A program made the translations under genes and the position numbers. The notes below the pieces were generated by a model. The model did no database searches, was not told where the DNA came from, and worked only from the letters and a program-made list of their open reading frames with translations. A stretch of 63,574 nucleotides of DNA, counting the filler, from Intoshia linei (lineage: Eukaryota > Animalia > Orthonectida): the NCBI GenBank assembly GCA_001642005.1. It is 10 parts of 10 records of this genome, joined end to end, with 100 filler letters (N's around TTAATTAATTAA, not from the genome) between each part and the next. Parts side by side here need not be neighbours in the genome. Positions count along the whole stretch, not along the records: positions 47,759 to 52,449 come from LWCA01001885.1; positions 52,550 to 57,316 come from LWCA01001874.1; positions 57,417 to 58,708 come from LWCA01002688.1; positions 58,809 to 62,059 come from LWCA01002116.1; positions 62,160 to 63,574 come from LWCA01002629.1; 5 more parts are not named here. One strand, given 5' to 3'. This document shows, in pieces, positions 52,086-63,574 of this stretch (the stretch's first letter is position 1; every line of letters starts with the position of its first letter).

Positions 52086-52250
52086 TTAACTACGCCCATG
52101 GTATGAAAATGATTGAAAGTATGGCAAAGTGCTACCCATAATTATATCTTCATCTGTAGGTGTTTGTTGTATAGATTCATTCAAAAATTCATCTGGTATA
52201 TATCTCGTATCACCTCCGTCAATAACATCGGGGATCCAAGGTGGTGGCAT
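52086..52250 (-). CDS. AGC-kinase C-terminal exon (Akt/PKB-like); kinase domain lost at gap
   Basis: PPPWIPDVIDGGDTRYIPDEFLNESIQQTP...YFQSFSYHG contains the PPxxP, DTRY, turn-motif TP and hydrophobic-motif FxxFSY elements. Confidence 0.82.
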   Translation of the reverse strand: MPPPWIPDVIDGGDTRYIPDEFLNESIQQTPTDEDIIMGSTLPYFQSFSYHGRS

Positions 52251-53000
52251 CTAAATATTAGTTTAATAATTCATTAGATTCAAATGTACTTTTAATTTGG
52301 TTTCAATGTAAAACAAATTAAAATACTTGATAAACAAATATAACTAATTAACCCATTAGTGACCAATGACTACATATGTAGTCATCCATGTTTCTTATTG
52401 TACCTCGAAAAATACTTGATGGAATGGAACAAGTAGATATTTTTCTTATNNNNNNNNNNNNNNNNNNNNNNNNNNNNNNNNNNNNNNNNNNNNTTAATTA
52501 ATTAANNNNNNNNNNNNNNNNNNNNNNNNNNNNNNNNNNNNNNNNNNNNAATGATACATTTTTAGCATATTTTATTCCATTTAAATAAATCCGTGTTAAA
52601 AATTTTTTTTGAAAAATCCCTCTATCTCATTCCAAAAGAAAAATCTTAATTTTATCAACCATCAAGGATAAAAACCGCTTTTACCAATATTTTTTTGAAA
52701 AATCACATTTTATCAAAAATTAATATTTTAAAAATAATTCAAATTGTTCAGAAGGCCGCATTTTCCTTATCTCTGGGCTAGGGTGTAAGAGCACTGTAAA
52801 TGTAAGGACCGATATTATCCAATTAGTATTAAAATTGTTTTACGGGAAATATTTTGAATTTTCCGCAGAGGCTCTGCTCGGGTCGTAATCTATGATATTT
52901 TATTGGGTTGGGTAAACTTGGTTTTGTTGATGAAAAGGCGAACATTATATTATTTTTTTTGGGTTGAGTCAAATGACTATAATCTAACTAAAAAATTTAG

Positions 53001-54238
53001 AATCAACACCAAAAAAGAGCATCACATTCAGTCAAGTTACTGTATTTAAATTTGATCGATGTCAAAGTTATTCATCCGTTACATCGAGAGAAGATGGTTA
53101 TTCCCACGGGATGATGATGCAACATATTAATAAAGAATCTTATACAGTTGATACTTTTGAGAAAGAAATCAAAAAAGTTAAAACAATAGAAAAATCAATT
53201 GCTCCATCAAACATTATACACCTCGACGACACAAATGTAAATATATATTCCGATTCTGACCCATTAACAGAAATTGAAAAGAAGCAGAAACCGTTTAAAA
53301 ACATTTGCTATTCAAATTTAAACAAAAAAGACTCAAAAAAATTAATTGATCAAGTTTTGGATATTCAAAAAGACCGAAGTATCCGATATAGTTGCAATTG
53401 CATGATACATTGTGATGTTTCCATTTGTGAATGTTCAATTAACAAATCAGTTTGTAAAAGTATTGGCACCGATGGATGCATTTGTCTGACTACGACTTGT
53501 CTTTTTAATTTTGACAAATTTATTACATATGGACGACAAGCGTTTCATTTGGAGCATTATCAAATACCGTCCGGTGTAAGACCCAAACATTTTGATTTTT
53601 TCCCCTTTACATTACTACCCATTTTATTGGAAATTGATATTTTTTCTTTGCAAAAATCGATAAAATCAGAAAATGATAACGTTGACACAAATGGAACTTG
53701 TAAAATTTGCAACAAATATTATAATACTATGAAAGAACGCATGCTTTCTAATCGACATGTTCAATACATTCTAAATAAAATTTACCGTAAAACTGTAGTA
53801 AAAGAAACCACACCAGACGAAAACGTAAACATTTACAACAAATTTTCAACATCTCTCAGTGAAATTATCAGAAACGATTTTGATTTTGTGGCTTCTTGTA
53901 TTAAGCCCATCACAAATGAAGAACCCTACTCAGTCATGTATCCATCATTTGTCGAGAAACTATCAACATCCACAATATGTGACAATTTGATAAACGTCTC
54001 AGAATCTATTAATCATGATAAAAAGCATTCAATTGAATCTTTTATCCCAAATATATCTACAAATATTGGTCAATCTTTTCAATCAATTTCTAATGAACCA
54101 GTCATCAATGTTCTAGTTAACCCTAACCTTAAAAGATCTAAATCAGAAACGGAATGTTCAATATCAAAAATTCGAAAATTTTACTCAATTGACAATCTTC
54201 TTGAAAACATAAATTTCAATTCTACGTCTGTACAATAA
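53001..54238 (+). CDS. CSRNP: Cysteine/serine-rich nuclear protein (CSRNP/Axud1), large terminal exon
   Basis: KSITFSQVTVFKFDRCQSYSSV...GM matches the CSRNP_N motif V.F..VTV.YF.R.QGF.SVPS.GG..LGM. The Cys cluster SCNCMIHCDVSICECS...C...GCIC...C follows. Confidence 0.8.
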
Positions 54239-55422
54239 TATTGCATTTATATATATCTATTTCCTTATTAAATGTATTTTTTATTTTGGTACTCATTTAT
54301 GTGTTAACCAGGAGTGGGAATATTTTTTTCGTATTGCATACCATTTCCAAAATATACATACCATGTATTTAGAGTAATGATTTCATTTCTTAAATTTGAA
54401 AAGTTTGCATTCGAAAGAATTGAAATAATGTTTTTCTGGGTTCCATTACCCCGTTAATTTTAACATTTTTTATTTTAGATAAACTGAATAATATTTTTTT
54501 AGAAATTTTAGAACGACTATTTAATATTTTATTAAATAAAGTTAGTAGTATATTACTTTTTTGACGGCGAAAGCGTAATTTTGTAAGATTCAAATTTTTC
54601 GTTTGTTAAATGGAAATAAATGTATTGGTTTAATTTTTTTAAAATTTAGGACTTTTTTAATAATGAATAATCTGGAATTATGACTGAATAAAAAGTTTTT
54701 GAGGTAGTGATTTTAAAAAGTGTTCAGAATTTGTTTTGTAAATGCAAATACTTTTTGAATTTAATTTTTAATAACGGGTAAATTAGGGCTGTGGTTGTGA
54801 AGGTGCCAATTTTCGAAATTTCTAGGACTGTCAGTTTTTTCAATAAATGGTTACAGAGACACATTTTTAAAAGTAGTTTTGTAATTTGAAAATTAAAAAA
54901 TAAATAATAATAACAAATTTGTGCTGAGTTGATGGTTCGATAAATTCATAAAAATTTACACATTAGGTTTCGTTTTCTCAAATTCAATACTTTCTAAATT
55001 ATAATCTTCAGTAATGAATCGGTAACTTACATTTTCCTAAAAATAAGTATAGTTTAATAACCATTAATTAATGCATTCAATTTTAAGAAATAATTTATGA
55101 TTTTTTTAGAGAATTTATTTAAGATAAAAAAACACTAGTTTACAAAATTGCTGAAATTGACTTTTATGATAAAAAATGGAATTGAAAAACCAGCCTTATA
55201 ATTTTTTTTATAAAATTGTATGAATCTTGGTGTTTTAAAATTTAAATAATAGGAAACACAAATATTTTATTTTACTGATTTATCTTTTTAAATGACAAAA
55301 ATCTTTCAAATAATTAGGTTTGTAAGCGACGACTGAGGCGATAAATAATAACTAAATATTATAACATTCTTAAAATATTTATTACAATATCGATATGTTA
55401 CAAACACTAAATAACTGATACA

Positions 55423-57315
55423 TTAATGTTGGTTATTCTGGAATAAATTATTGGATCCACCATCTGTTAACATAAGATTTGAGGATTGAACTAGAAATAT
55501 AATAAATGTAAAAATATCAAGTTAAATAGTACTCATATTCAATTGAGTCGGCTTGCTGTTCTTTTCCTTAGCGGATCTTTCTTCTTCGTTTTTTTCCAAT
55601 TTTTTAACAGTTGAAGTCATATCCCGCATAGATTGTATAAAGAAGGGCATACAATAATTCATTATATCATGCTGCCACGCTAATTCCATTACCACATCCA
55701 ACCTTAAAAGGTGATAACATTTGTATAGACAAGCTGTAAAAGATTCATAGTGCTTATGTTCAAGGAACCAAGCAATCAATTCTTCAGTTTGTTGAATGTT
55801 TCCAGATTGACAAACATAATTAATAGCATCCTTAAAAAAATTGTCGTTTTTACATAGAGATATGGCTTGTTTCCATCTGTTGCTAGTTTTGTATAATTTT
55901 GCAGCGATTTTACGAAAAGCAACTAATTCGTGAACTTTGAGTTCTTCTGCTAGTTTAACTGTGTTAAAATTGGTAAATTGGGATATAGAAGTTTCTAGGG
56001 CTGATATATTTTCCTCCTTAACATAAATAGAATTTAACGTTTCATTCACAATCCCCAAATTACAGTGTTGTATACATTTTAGATACGTTGTTAAATAACT
56101 GATTTTATCCAGTTTTTTAAACATTGATATAGCTTCCGCAGCGTCCAATCGAGGCGAAATGGCAATCATTAAATCATTCAAAAGTAAAGGTTTGTAATCG
56201 AGATAAAATTGAATGGCTTTGAAGTATAATTTAACGTTAATGACTTTAGTAATGATATCTTTGAAATGTGCTTCACGCCAAGCGTCTACAGGGTGTTCCA
56301 TAATGGTAATTACAGAATTATCATATTCATCGTACTTGTCATACAAGTAAACCAATTCCGGCCACAACTTGGCTTCTTTGACAGCTCTAAGCACGAGAGG
56401 CATATTAACCCGGGAAGAAAATATTTTCAAATGTTCACTTAATTTGTTTGTTCGGAATTGAGAAAACAAAATAGCCAAATGAGTAAATATTCCCATATGC
56501 GCACGTTCCAGAGATAATCCAGCTTCCAAAAGGTTTATCAATTGATCTATATACCCATAATCCCAGTAGACTTTAATAATCTCGTCCAATTCTTCAGCGT
56601 GTATAATAATGTTCAAACCACAAATTTGAGCAAGACGATACTCTTCAATTTCCAAACAGGCATAACAAAGATTTTTCCACGTGTTTGTATTATTCGCTTT
56701 ACGCCCAATATCAACAGCCTCCTGATGCATACCCAAGTGAACATAGGTTAAAGCTAGCTTTGGAAAATTAGATATATGCTTGTACAACATTAGAGCAGAT
56801 TCATAAATTTTATCGTCAAAACATCGATCAGCAACATTGTTTAAATTTGCGTGCGTACCCGAGCTGATGAACGCTTCCATTTCGGAGGTTCGGTTTACTT
56901 TTGCTAAAGCACAACAATACTCTGTTTCTATAAAAGAATCTCTAATGTGCTCCTTGCACATTTGCAAGTATCTGACCAAATCATCCCAACGGTCAAGTTT
57001 CTTGGAACATTCCACAACCTCTACGTTGTTTTTATAATCATTTGATCGAATATAGCCGTCAATAGCTTCCTTAATTTTGTTATGAGATAATTGCCCTTTT
57101 GCAAGATAACTCCAAACAATATTACTGTCACACATTTCAGCGTACTCATAAGCGCGATCCATATCATCAATAGAATCTACCAAAACTTTAATAGCCAACT
57201 CTTCCGCATTGAATTTAGAATAGATAACAAACGCTTCTTCGTAAAGATGATGATCCAGTACAATCTTTGCAATATCTTTAGCATGATAATTTTCCAATTT
57301 TGAAACATAATCCAT
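55423..57315 (-). CDS. CLTC: Clathrin heavy chain, C-terminal third (5' part beyond gap)
   Basis: A 597-aa ORF carries CHC repeats (LYEEAF, VWSYLAK.QL, LERAHMGIFT.LA.L, DVVMELAW, MPFFIQ). A small final exon IQSSNLMLTDGGSNNLFQNNQH* ends at 55423. Confidence 0.98.
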
Positions 57316-57416
57316 TNNNNNNNNNNNNNNNNNNNNNNNNNNNNNNNNNNNNNNNNNNNNTTAATTAATTAANNNNNNNNNNNNNNNNNNNNNNNNNNNN
57401 NNNNNNNNNNNNNNNN

Positions 57417-58012
57417 ATACATATCATAATATAACACATAAATTATGTACGATTTAAATTTCATTAAATTACAAGTCATATTACATTTTTTTAGATGGTA
57501 TGAAATATAATAAATTATTTAAATAATGTAACACACATTTAATATAAAATTTAACTATAATACATATCATAATATAACACATAAATTATGTACGATTTAA
57601 ATTTCATTAAATTACAAGTCATATTACATTTTTATAGATGGTATTAAATATAATAAATTATTTAAATAATGTGACACAAGATTAATATAAAATTTAACTA
57701 TTATATAAATCATAATAAAACACATAAATTATGTACGATTTAAATTTCATCAAATTACAAGTCATATTACATTCTTATAGATTGTAAGAAATATAATAAA
57801 TTATTTAAATAATGTGACACAAATTTGATATAAAATTTTACTATAATACATATCATAATATAACACATAAGTTATGTACGATTTAAATTTCATCAAATTA
57901 CAAGTCATATTACATTTTATAGTAAGTAAGAAATATAAAAACTTATTTAAATAATGTGACACAAATTTGATATAAAATTTAACTATAATACATATCATAA
58001 TATAAAACATAA
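57417..58012. repeat. ~143-bp AT-rich tandem satellite (~4.2 copies), truncated by gap
   Basis: The unit CATATCATAATATAACACATAAATTATGTACGATTTAAATTTCA...TTAACTATAATA recurs at about 57420, 57563, 57706, 57850 and 57992. Confidence 0.95.
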
Positions 58013-59431
58013 ATTAATAATACTAATAAATAATAAAATAACAGTGCAGTCTACCCTAATGTCTAAAATATAATTAATGTAAAACAACAATAAAAAGTAC
58101 GTCTTGGTTCCACAAAATTAACACACGCTTTTATAGTTGTAGCATATTTTTGCTTTTTTAGTACAACTGGTAAACGTATTTTAAAAATTGAGTTATTAAT
58201 TACATTATGTTCAAGGTTTACATCAAATTACTTACAAAATGATTCAGTGTTAACTGATTTACAAAGTTGTAATAATGATTTAATTTTAATTAGTCTTAAA
58301 TCGTATCTAAAATTATTGTAGAGTTTAAATAATTTTTACAATTTGATTAATAATTTTCGTTAGCAGTAATTCTATAAGGGTCGTTTTTTTTTAAATCTTT
58401 AATCTTTTTAGTCAAATTCACAATGCAATTTGATAGTTTATTATATTTAAATTTTATTTATTTATTTTTTTTAATTAATTTACGCAGACATGTTTTTCCT
58501 TTTATTAACATGATACTCTTTCATCAACATGTTTTTTCGACTTGGTTTGTATGACTATGTTATAAAATCTATTTTTTTTAGTAATTTTTGTTTTGAAACT
58601 TTAAATGTCGCAATTATATTAAATTATTTAAATGTAGGTAACTTTATTTGTATCAATGTATTATTATTGATTTTAGTTTTTTTAAGTGATAAATGTTTAA
58701 AATCAAAANNNNNNNNNNNNNNNNNNNNNNNNNNNNNNNNNNNNNNNNNNNNTTAATTAATTAANNNNNNNNNNNNNNNNNNNNNNNNNNNNNNNNNNNN
58801 NNNNNNNNTAAATTGGAATTTTTATATTATGTTTATTAAATATTTTTATCTATAATAATAATTTATATTATTTTTATCTATAATAATAATTTATATTATT
58901 TTTATAGTTTTCATTCTACATTGTAGTAAATTTTTTAATGTTGAACATTCAACTGTTGAGTTATTCAACTGCATCAAAATCGACATTTTCGGCAAGTTCT
59001 CTTTCGATTATGAACAATGCTAAGTCCAATAATTTAACTGATGTTAATAGCATAAAAAATAATACATAGATTAATGATAAATGATCATTATATACTTAAA
59101 ACGTAAATGATGGGTCCCAGAATATTTTTTTAATATTTCATAAATTTAATACACAAATTAAAATATCTTAGAGGCACATTTTTCATACCAGGTGCGGACC
59201 ACGTCCGCCCCCCTTGCACCCACCGAGACCGCTACTGTAACATCTATTTTAAACCATATGTCAAATGTTCGTCAACTCATAACGTCATGTCTTAACACAT
59301 TAAAACCGATTAAATTCTGAGATGTTCTAATATAGCATACTTTCTATTTGTAATGAAATTTCTAGAAAGTAAAAAACATGATGATGTCATTATTACAGCT
59401 ATAGCCTCATTATGAAATCGTAAAAATTTAG

Positions 59432-61787
59432 ATATTAATAAATTGATTCTGATGAGCGGTAGTGATACCTCTCCTACAAGTTATAATGACCCATTTGGAG
59501 GAGCCGAAAAATATTTCTGGCAATTGGCTAAATTATCTAAATGTCCTTTTATGAAATTGCAAGTGTTTCAAACGTTAAATTGTCTTAGAAATATTCCATG
59601 GAAGAAGCTTGTACAGTACGATAAAATTATATCAACAAATAAAACGGTAACTTTTATAATAATTTTAGATAGTTAATTATAATTTACAATTACAATTGAA
59701 TAATATTTTTTTAAAATTTAAAATTTAAAATTAAATTTCTGATTTTTATCAGTCCTCAATGTTTTTGGGGTTTCACGTTAGAGTGGTTTCTATAAGTTTT
59801 ATTATTTTGATAATAATTAACAATAAATCAATTCAATGTCTATGAAAATCAATGAAATTTCAATGACCCTTGTAATATGGACCATATTACACGCCAAGTC
59901 ATTATGGCTTTTGGTGGAATGCCGTATAAATATTCACAAATATTATATTTTTCATTTTTATAGAATGGGATATTTTCGTATCCGTGGTCTCCTGCCGTGG
60001 ATAATTGGACTATGCAAAGAAAAGACAAGATTTCACCATCATTAATAGAAAGTCGCTACATTTATAAAACAGGTCAAATTTACAATAAAGAAATTCCGTT
60101 ATTAGCAGGAATAAATTGGAACGATGGATTGGAAACTATTAGTAATACATTTCTTATTTGATCAAATCTACGTGTCTGATTATTTTAGTTTTCATAATAT
60201 TTCAATTTTTTGAAAAATGATAATACATTATCTTAGATTCTCTTCAAATCGTTCTTGATTATATAATATACATAATTACATTATCATAATTATATCATTC
60301 ATTTTATCGTTTACTTCAATAACTAAGAGTTGTATAATTTTCCAATACAAATTTCAAGTCAGATTTTTCCGGTAAAATTGCAAATTATATTATTTTTAAA
60401 AATCAAACGAGTTGTAGAATTTAAAAAAATATACACTCTTATACAGATTTATAAATCATGAACTTTATCATAAATTTAAATTTCAAAAATTTACAGAGCC
60501 AAAACCACAAATTACCCTATTTTAAAAAAATGTAAATATAATATAATTATGTTTGAGAGAGATTAATGTAGTTTTTATAAAACTTGATCAATTTATACAT
60601 TCCAATTATTTTTAGATAGAATCGTATCCGAATTCAATTATGGGAACATAAAAAACCTTTACAATTACATCTTCACAAAAATGGTAAACGAATACCAACC
60701 ACTCAATTATTTAAATTCTTCAAACTACTTTACTGAATCTCTTAAATTTCGTTATACTTATTGGTCAAATGTTAAGAATAAGACTGCTCAAATAGAAAAT
60801 TTTATTCAGGTTTTTAATATTTTTGATACTTGGATGTTTTCTTTATTTCATTATTATTATTTTTATCAGTACTACTCTTATCACTAAAATGTATGCTTAG
60901 TCAAAGTACAATTATTTCATTAGAGTAGGGTGTTAGATTCAATTTGCCTGGTGGGTCAAATGTTAAAAAAAATTATTACTCAAACCATTAATAAACTAAC
61001 TGTTTTGAGTAATTAATAGTCATTTTAATTGATAAAATGAAATGAGAAACAATGATAATTAAATATATGTATAACTAATATTAAAATTGTAATTTTGAAT
61101 AAATAAATCATGAAAAATATATAAACTGTAAAAAAAAAAAAACGTGTAAAAAATGTTGTTATATAAATAAAATTTTATTATAACGCGGGCCAAGATATTG
61201 GAGAAAACAATTAAAAAATAACATTACATTATTATTTTTATTTTTGCAGTTCATAACTGATTGGAAGTTTGGAGCTCCGATAGATGATATGATTAATAGA
61301 ATCTATGAACATAACAAAAATACGAGTATTTATCGATATGTTTTTGATTATCAATCTTGGCAAGATAAAACACCGGAATTGTATTGTAAGTAATATACAT
61401 TGTATTTTAAATTTTATATATAAATTAAGCATTAGTAACTTGGTGGTTCTTTATTTATAGTAAAATATATACATTAATTATATGAGTAAGTATTCCATTA
61501 TGGAACTTTAGGTTTGCTATTAAAGCAACAAATGTGTTTCAACAATTTATGTAGGTTTACTGAAAAAAATTTAATTTTTTATATACATTAATGTAATTTA
61601 TAATATAAATAATGTTTTTCTTAGCCAGATCTGAATCATCAATTTTGCCTTATGCATTAGGTTTTCCTTTGTTTAACTGGACAACTTTCGATGTATCCAA
61701 TATTGCATTACCTTATGAATACGATGGAAGAGACCGAAATATGTCTCGAAAAATTATTTTTATGTGGAACAATTTTACATATTATGG
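59432..61787 (+). CDS. Neuroligin-like carboxylesterase-family protein, internal exons
   Basis: KLILMSGS, LAKLSKC...LNCLRNIPWKKL, WSPAVD, PLLAGINWNDG, ESLKFRYTYW, FITDWKFGAP, YRYVFDY, LPYALGFP and DRNMS..IIFMWNNF..YG appear in COesterase order. Confidence 0.82.
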
Positions 61788-62599
61788 GTAATATTACTAC
61801 TATACACCCCGACAAAACGTTAGAGCACCCTATAAAAATGCAATTAAAACCTATTTCTTGATAAAAATTAAAATAAAATGTAATAAATTTAGAAAATGTC
61901 AATTACATATGACATGTCAAAGTGTATAAATATTTATTGCAATTATTCATTGCTAATTACCCTAAAATATTTATTTTTATTATCGATCACGCGACAAAAG
62001 TGCTATAAGAGATTATATTTTAGGTATTAATTAGCACTAAAGCTAAATTTTTTAATTTCNNNNNNNNNNNNNNNNNNNNNNNNNNNNNNNNNNNNNNNNN
62101 NNNTTAATTAATTAANNNNNNNNNNNNNNNNNNNNNNNNNNNNNNNNNNNNNNNNNNNNTTTGTAATATATAAAAAAAATTAAATTTCGATTACAAATAA
62201 AAGATATACATTTATATTTACAAACCCTTGTTTGGATTAAATTTTGTTTTGCCTTTTTGAAAATGAGATTTAGATTAGTTACATCAAGTTATTCTTCTTC
62301 TAATGGACTATACGACATTATTTATCTAAGTCAGATTAAGCGTTAATATAAAAATATGTAAAAAAGTCACATTTATTAATTAAAAAAATTAAAAATTTTG
62401 TAAATAATTATTTCATTCTGCAAAATGATGTGCAAAATTGATGCCACTAAAATACTTTTTTCATGGTTTGCATAGCAATAATGAATAATTCAAATTGAAA
62501 ATAGAAAACTAAAATACAAAGTAGCAAAAATAACATTAATAACATAAATGTACATATAATGTTATTATAAATACATAAAAAATTATTTAAATAAAGAGA

Positions 62600-63560
62600 A
62601 ATAATTTATATATAATCTCCCATCATATTATTAGGGTTTTGTCCTTTATATCTCGATTCAAATGTCTTGAATTGTTGATGAAATCTTTCATTATGTTCAT
62701 CAAAGAAGGCACCACAGTTTAAGGGGAAAACACTTGAATGACACATTATGAGGTGTACTTTATAGCTTGAAAGAACACTCATTTGTTGCAAATTTGCGAG
62801 CATAGTTTTGATAATATTTAGATAGTTTTTACTTCTATTATTCCTAAGAAAATTTTTACATACGGCATTGATACTCAGCCATGTTTTTTTCAAGTATATT
62901 TATATAATAAACAAATATTATATTTTTTTTAATTTTTTTATGTTGGGTCCAATAACGACGCCTTTTAAAATTTTTTCATTAAAAATTTGTGGTAATATTG
63001 ATCTTGTTATTATAATATTAACCAAGTAAGGCTTATCTCCTTTTTTCTGAAACGCTTTCAAAAATTGAGAGTACAAACCTAATTTCACATGTAAGGGAAG
63101 CAACAATATATTTTTGTATGATACTAATGGCTAACGGATATAGTTATGACAATTCAAAGTAAAAATATTTATTTTTTTCGTAGTTTAGTGTAATATAATG
63201 TTGACTTCTATTGTTCGCATTAAATTAACATAGAAAATAAGGGTATTATGTATTTCCACTTTAAATTCCCGTCAAATATGTAACTATTTTTAGATCACAC
63301 ATTATAGTTTATTTGTTGCTGTTGTGTTCCATTTATTAATAATAATAAATAATAAATTGTTTCAAAATAGCATTTATAAATTCAAAAATTAGTACATTGG
63401 TATATCGAGATGATGTTAATCGATAATTAAGCTATAGCCAATAACGAATTAGAATCTAACCCGCTAAATAGTAACTTAGATGATGATTTTCAGCATATGA
63501 TACAACAATAACTACAAATGAGGCATTCCTTCAAAATATTAATGTATGTACCGACTGTGA
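62600..63560 (-). pseudogene. Degenerate DNA transposase, Chapaev3 (CMC)-like
   Basis: Motifs CDLKIV, LLPLHVKLGL..QFLKA, SYKVHL..H...FP.NCGA..DEHNERFHQ...E.RY.G...MMGDY are present with frameshifts. The family name is recalled from motif memory. Confidence 0.7.
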
Positions 63561-63574
63561 CGTCTAATCCGTAG

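Noticed and set aside
56542-57303. Three plus-strand ORFs
   Set aside because: Antisense shadows of the clathrin coding frame.
59189-59237. GC-rich ~49-bp segment with hAT-like ends
   Set aside because: The TIRs are poorly matched and there is no TSD, so it is too weak to call.
1-63574. tRNA/rRNA/snRNA genes and prokaryotic-type defence systems
   Set aside because: None recognisable by eye. tRNAscan-SE or Infernal would be needed to exclude divergent RNAs.

Overview
Very AT-rich eukaryotic (animal) genomic scaffold with many tiny GT-AG introns (about 35-60 nt) and nine 100-bp scaffold gaps, each carrying an artificial TTAATTAATTAA linker. Composition and intron size suggest a compact-genome invertebrate parasite such as the orthonectid Intoshia linei; this is inference, not verified. 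The ORF track is misleading because most genes are spliced. Manual exon joining supports about 17 gene loci: HSF, PRELID3/slowmo, CDC50/TMEM30, COX19, a zinc-finger-less PR/SET gene, ARL2BP, a CRAL-TRIO/spectrin-like gene, an ankyrin-repeat gene, the 5' part of NDUFS1, PRCP (S28), PHAF1, synapsin including its E-domain exon, an Akt-like AGC kinase tail, CSRNP, the 3' part of clathrin heavy chain, a neuroligin-like COesterase, and a weak small-ORF candidate. These are interspersed with decayed DNA transposons (hAT Buster/SPIN, a divergent TIR/TSD-bounded hAT-like element, pogo/Tigger, Tc1, Chapaev3-like, piggyBac-like and P-like mini elements) and a multi-copy non-autonomous Helitron-like family. 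I found no clearly new biological system. The best leads are an antisense exon nested in PHAF1 intron 1, the PR-only protein, a synapsin with a remodelled ATP site and a possible a/b switch, a TAAC-ended transposon with a perfect 8-bp TSD, and convergent genes whose stop codons lie 9 bp apart. All family assignments come from remembered motifs, not from database searches.
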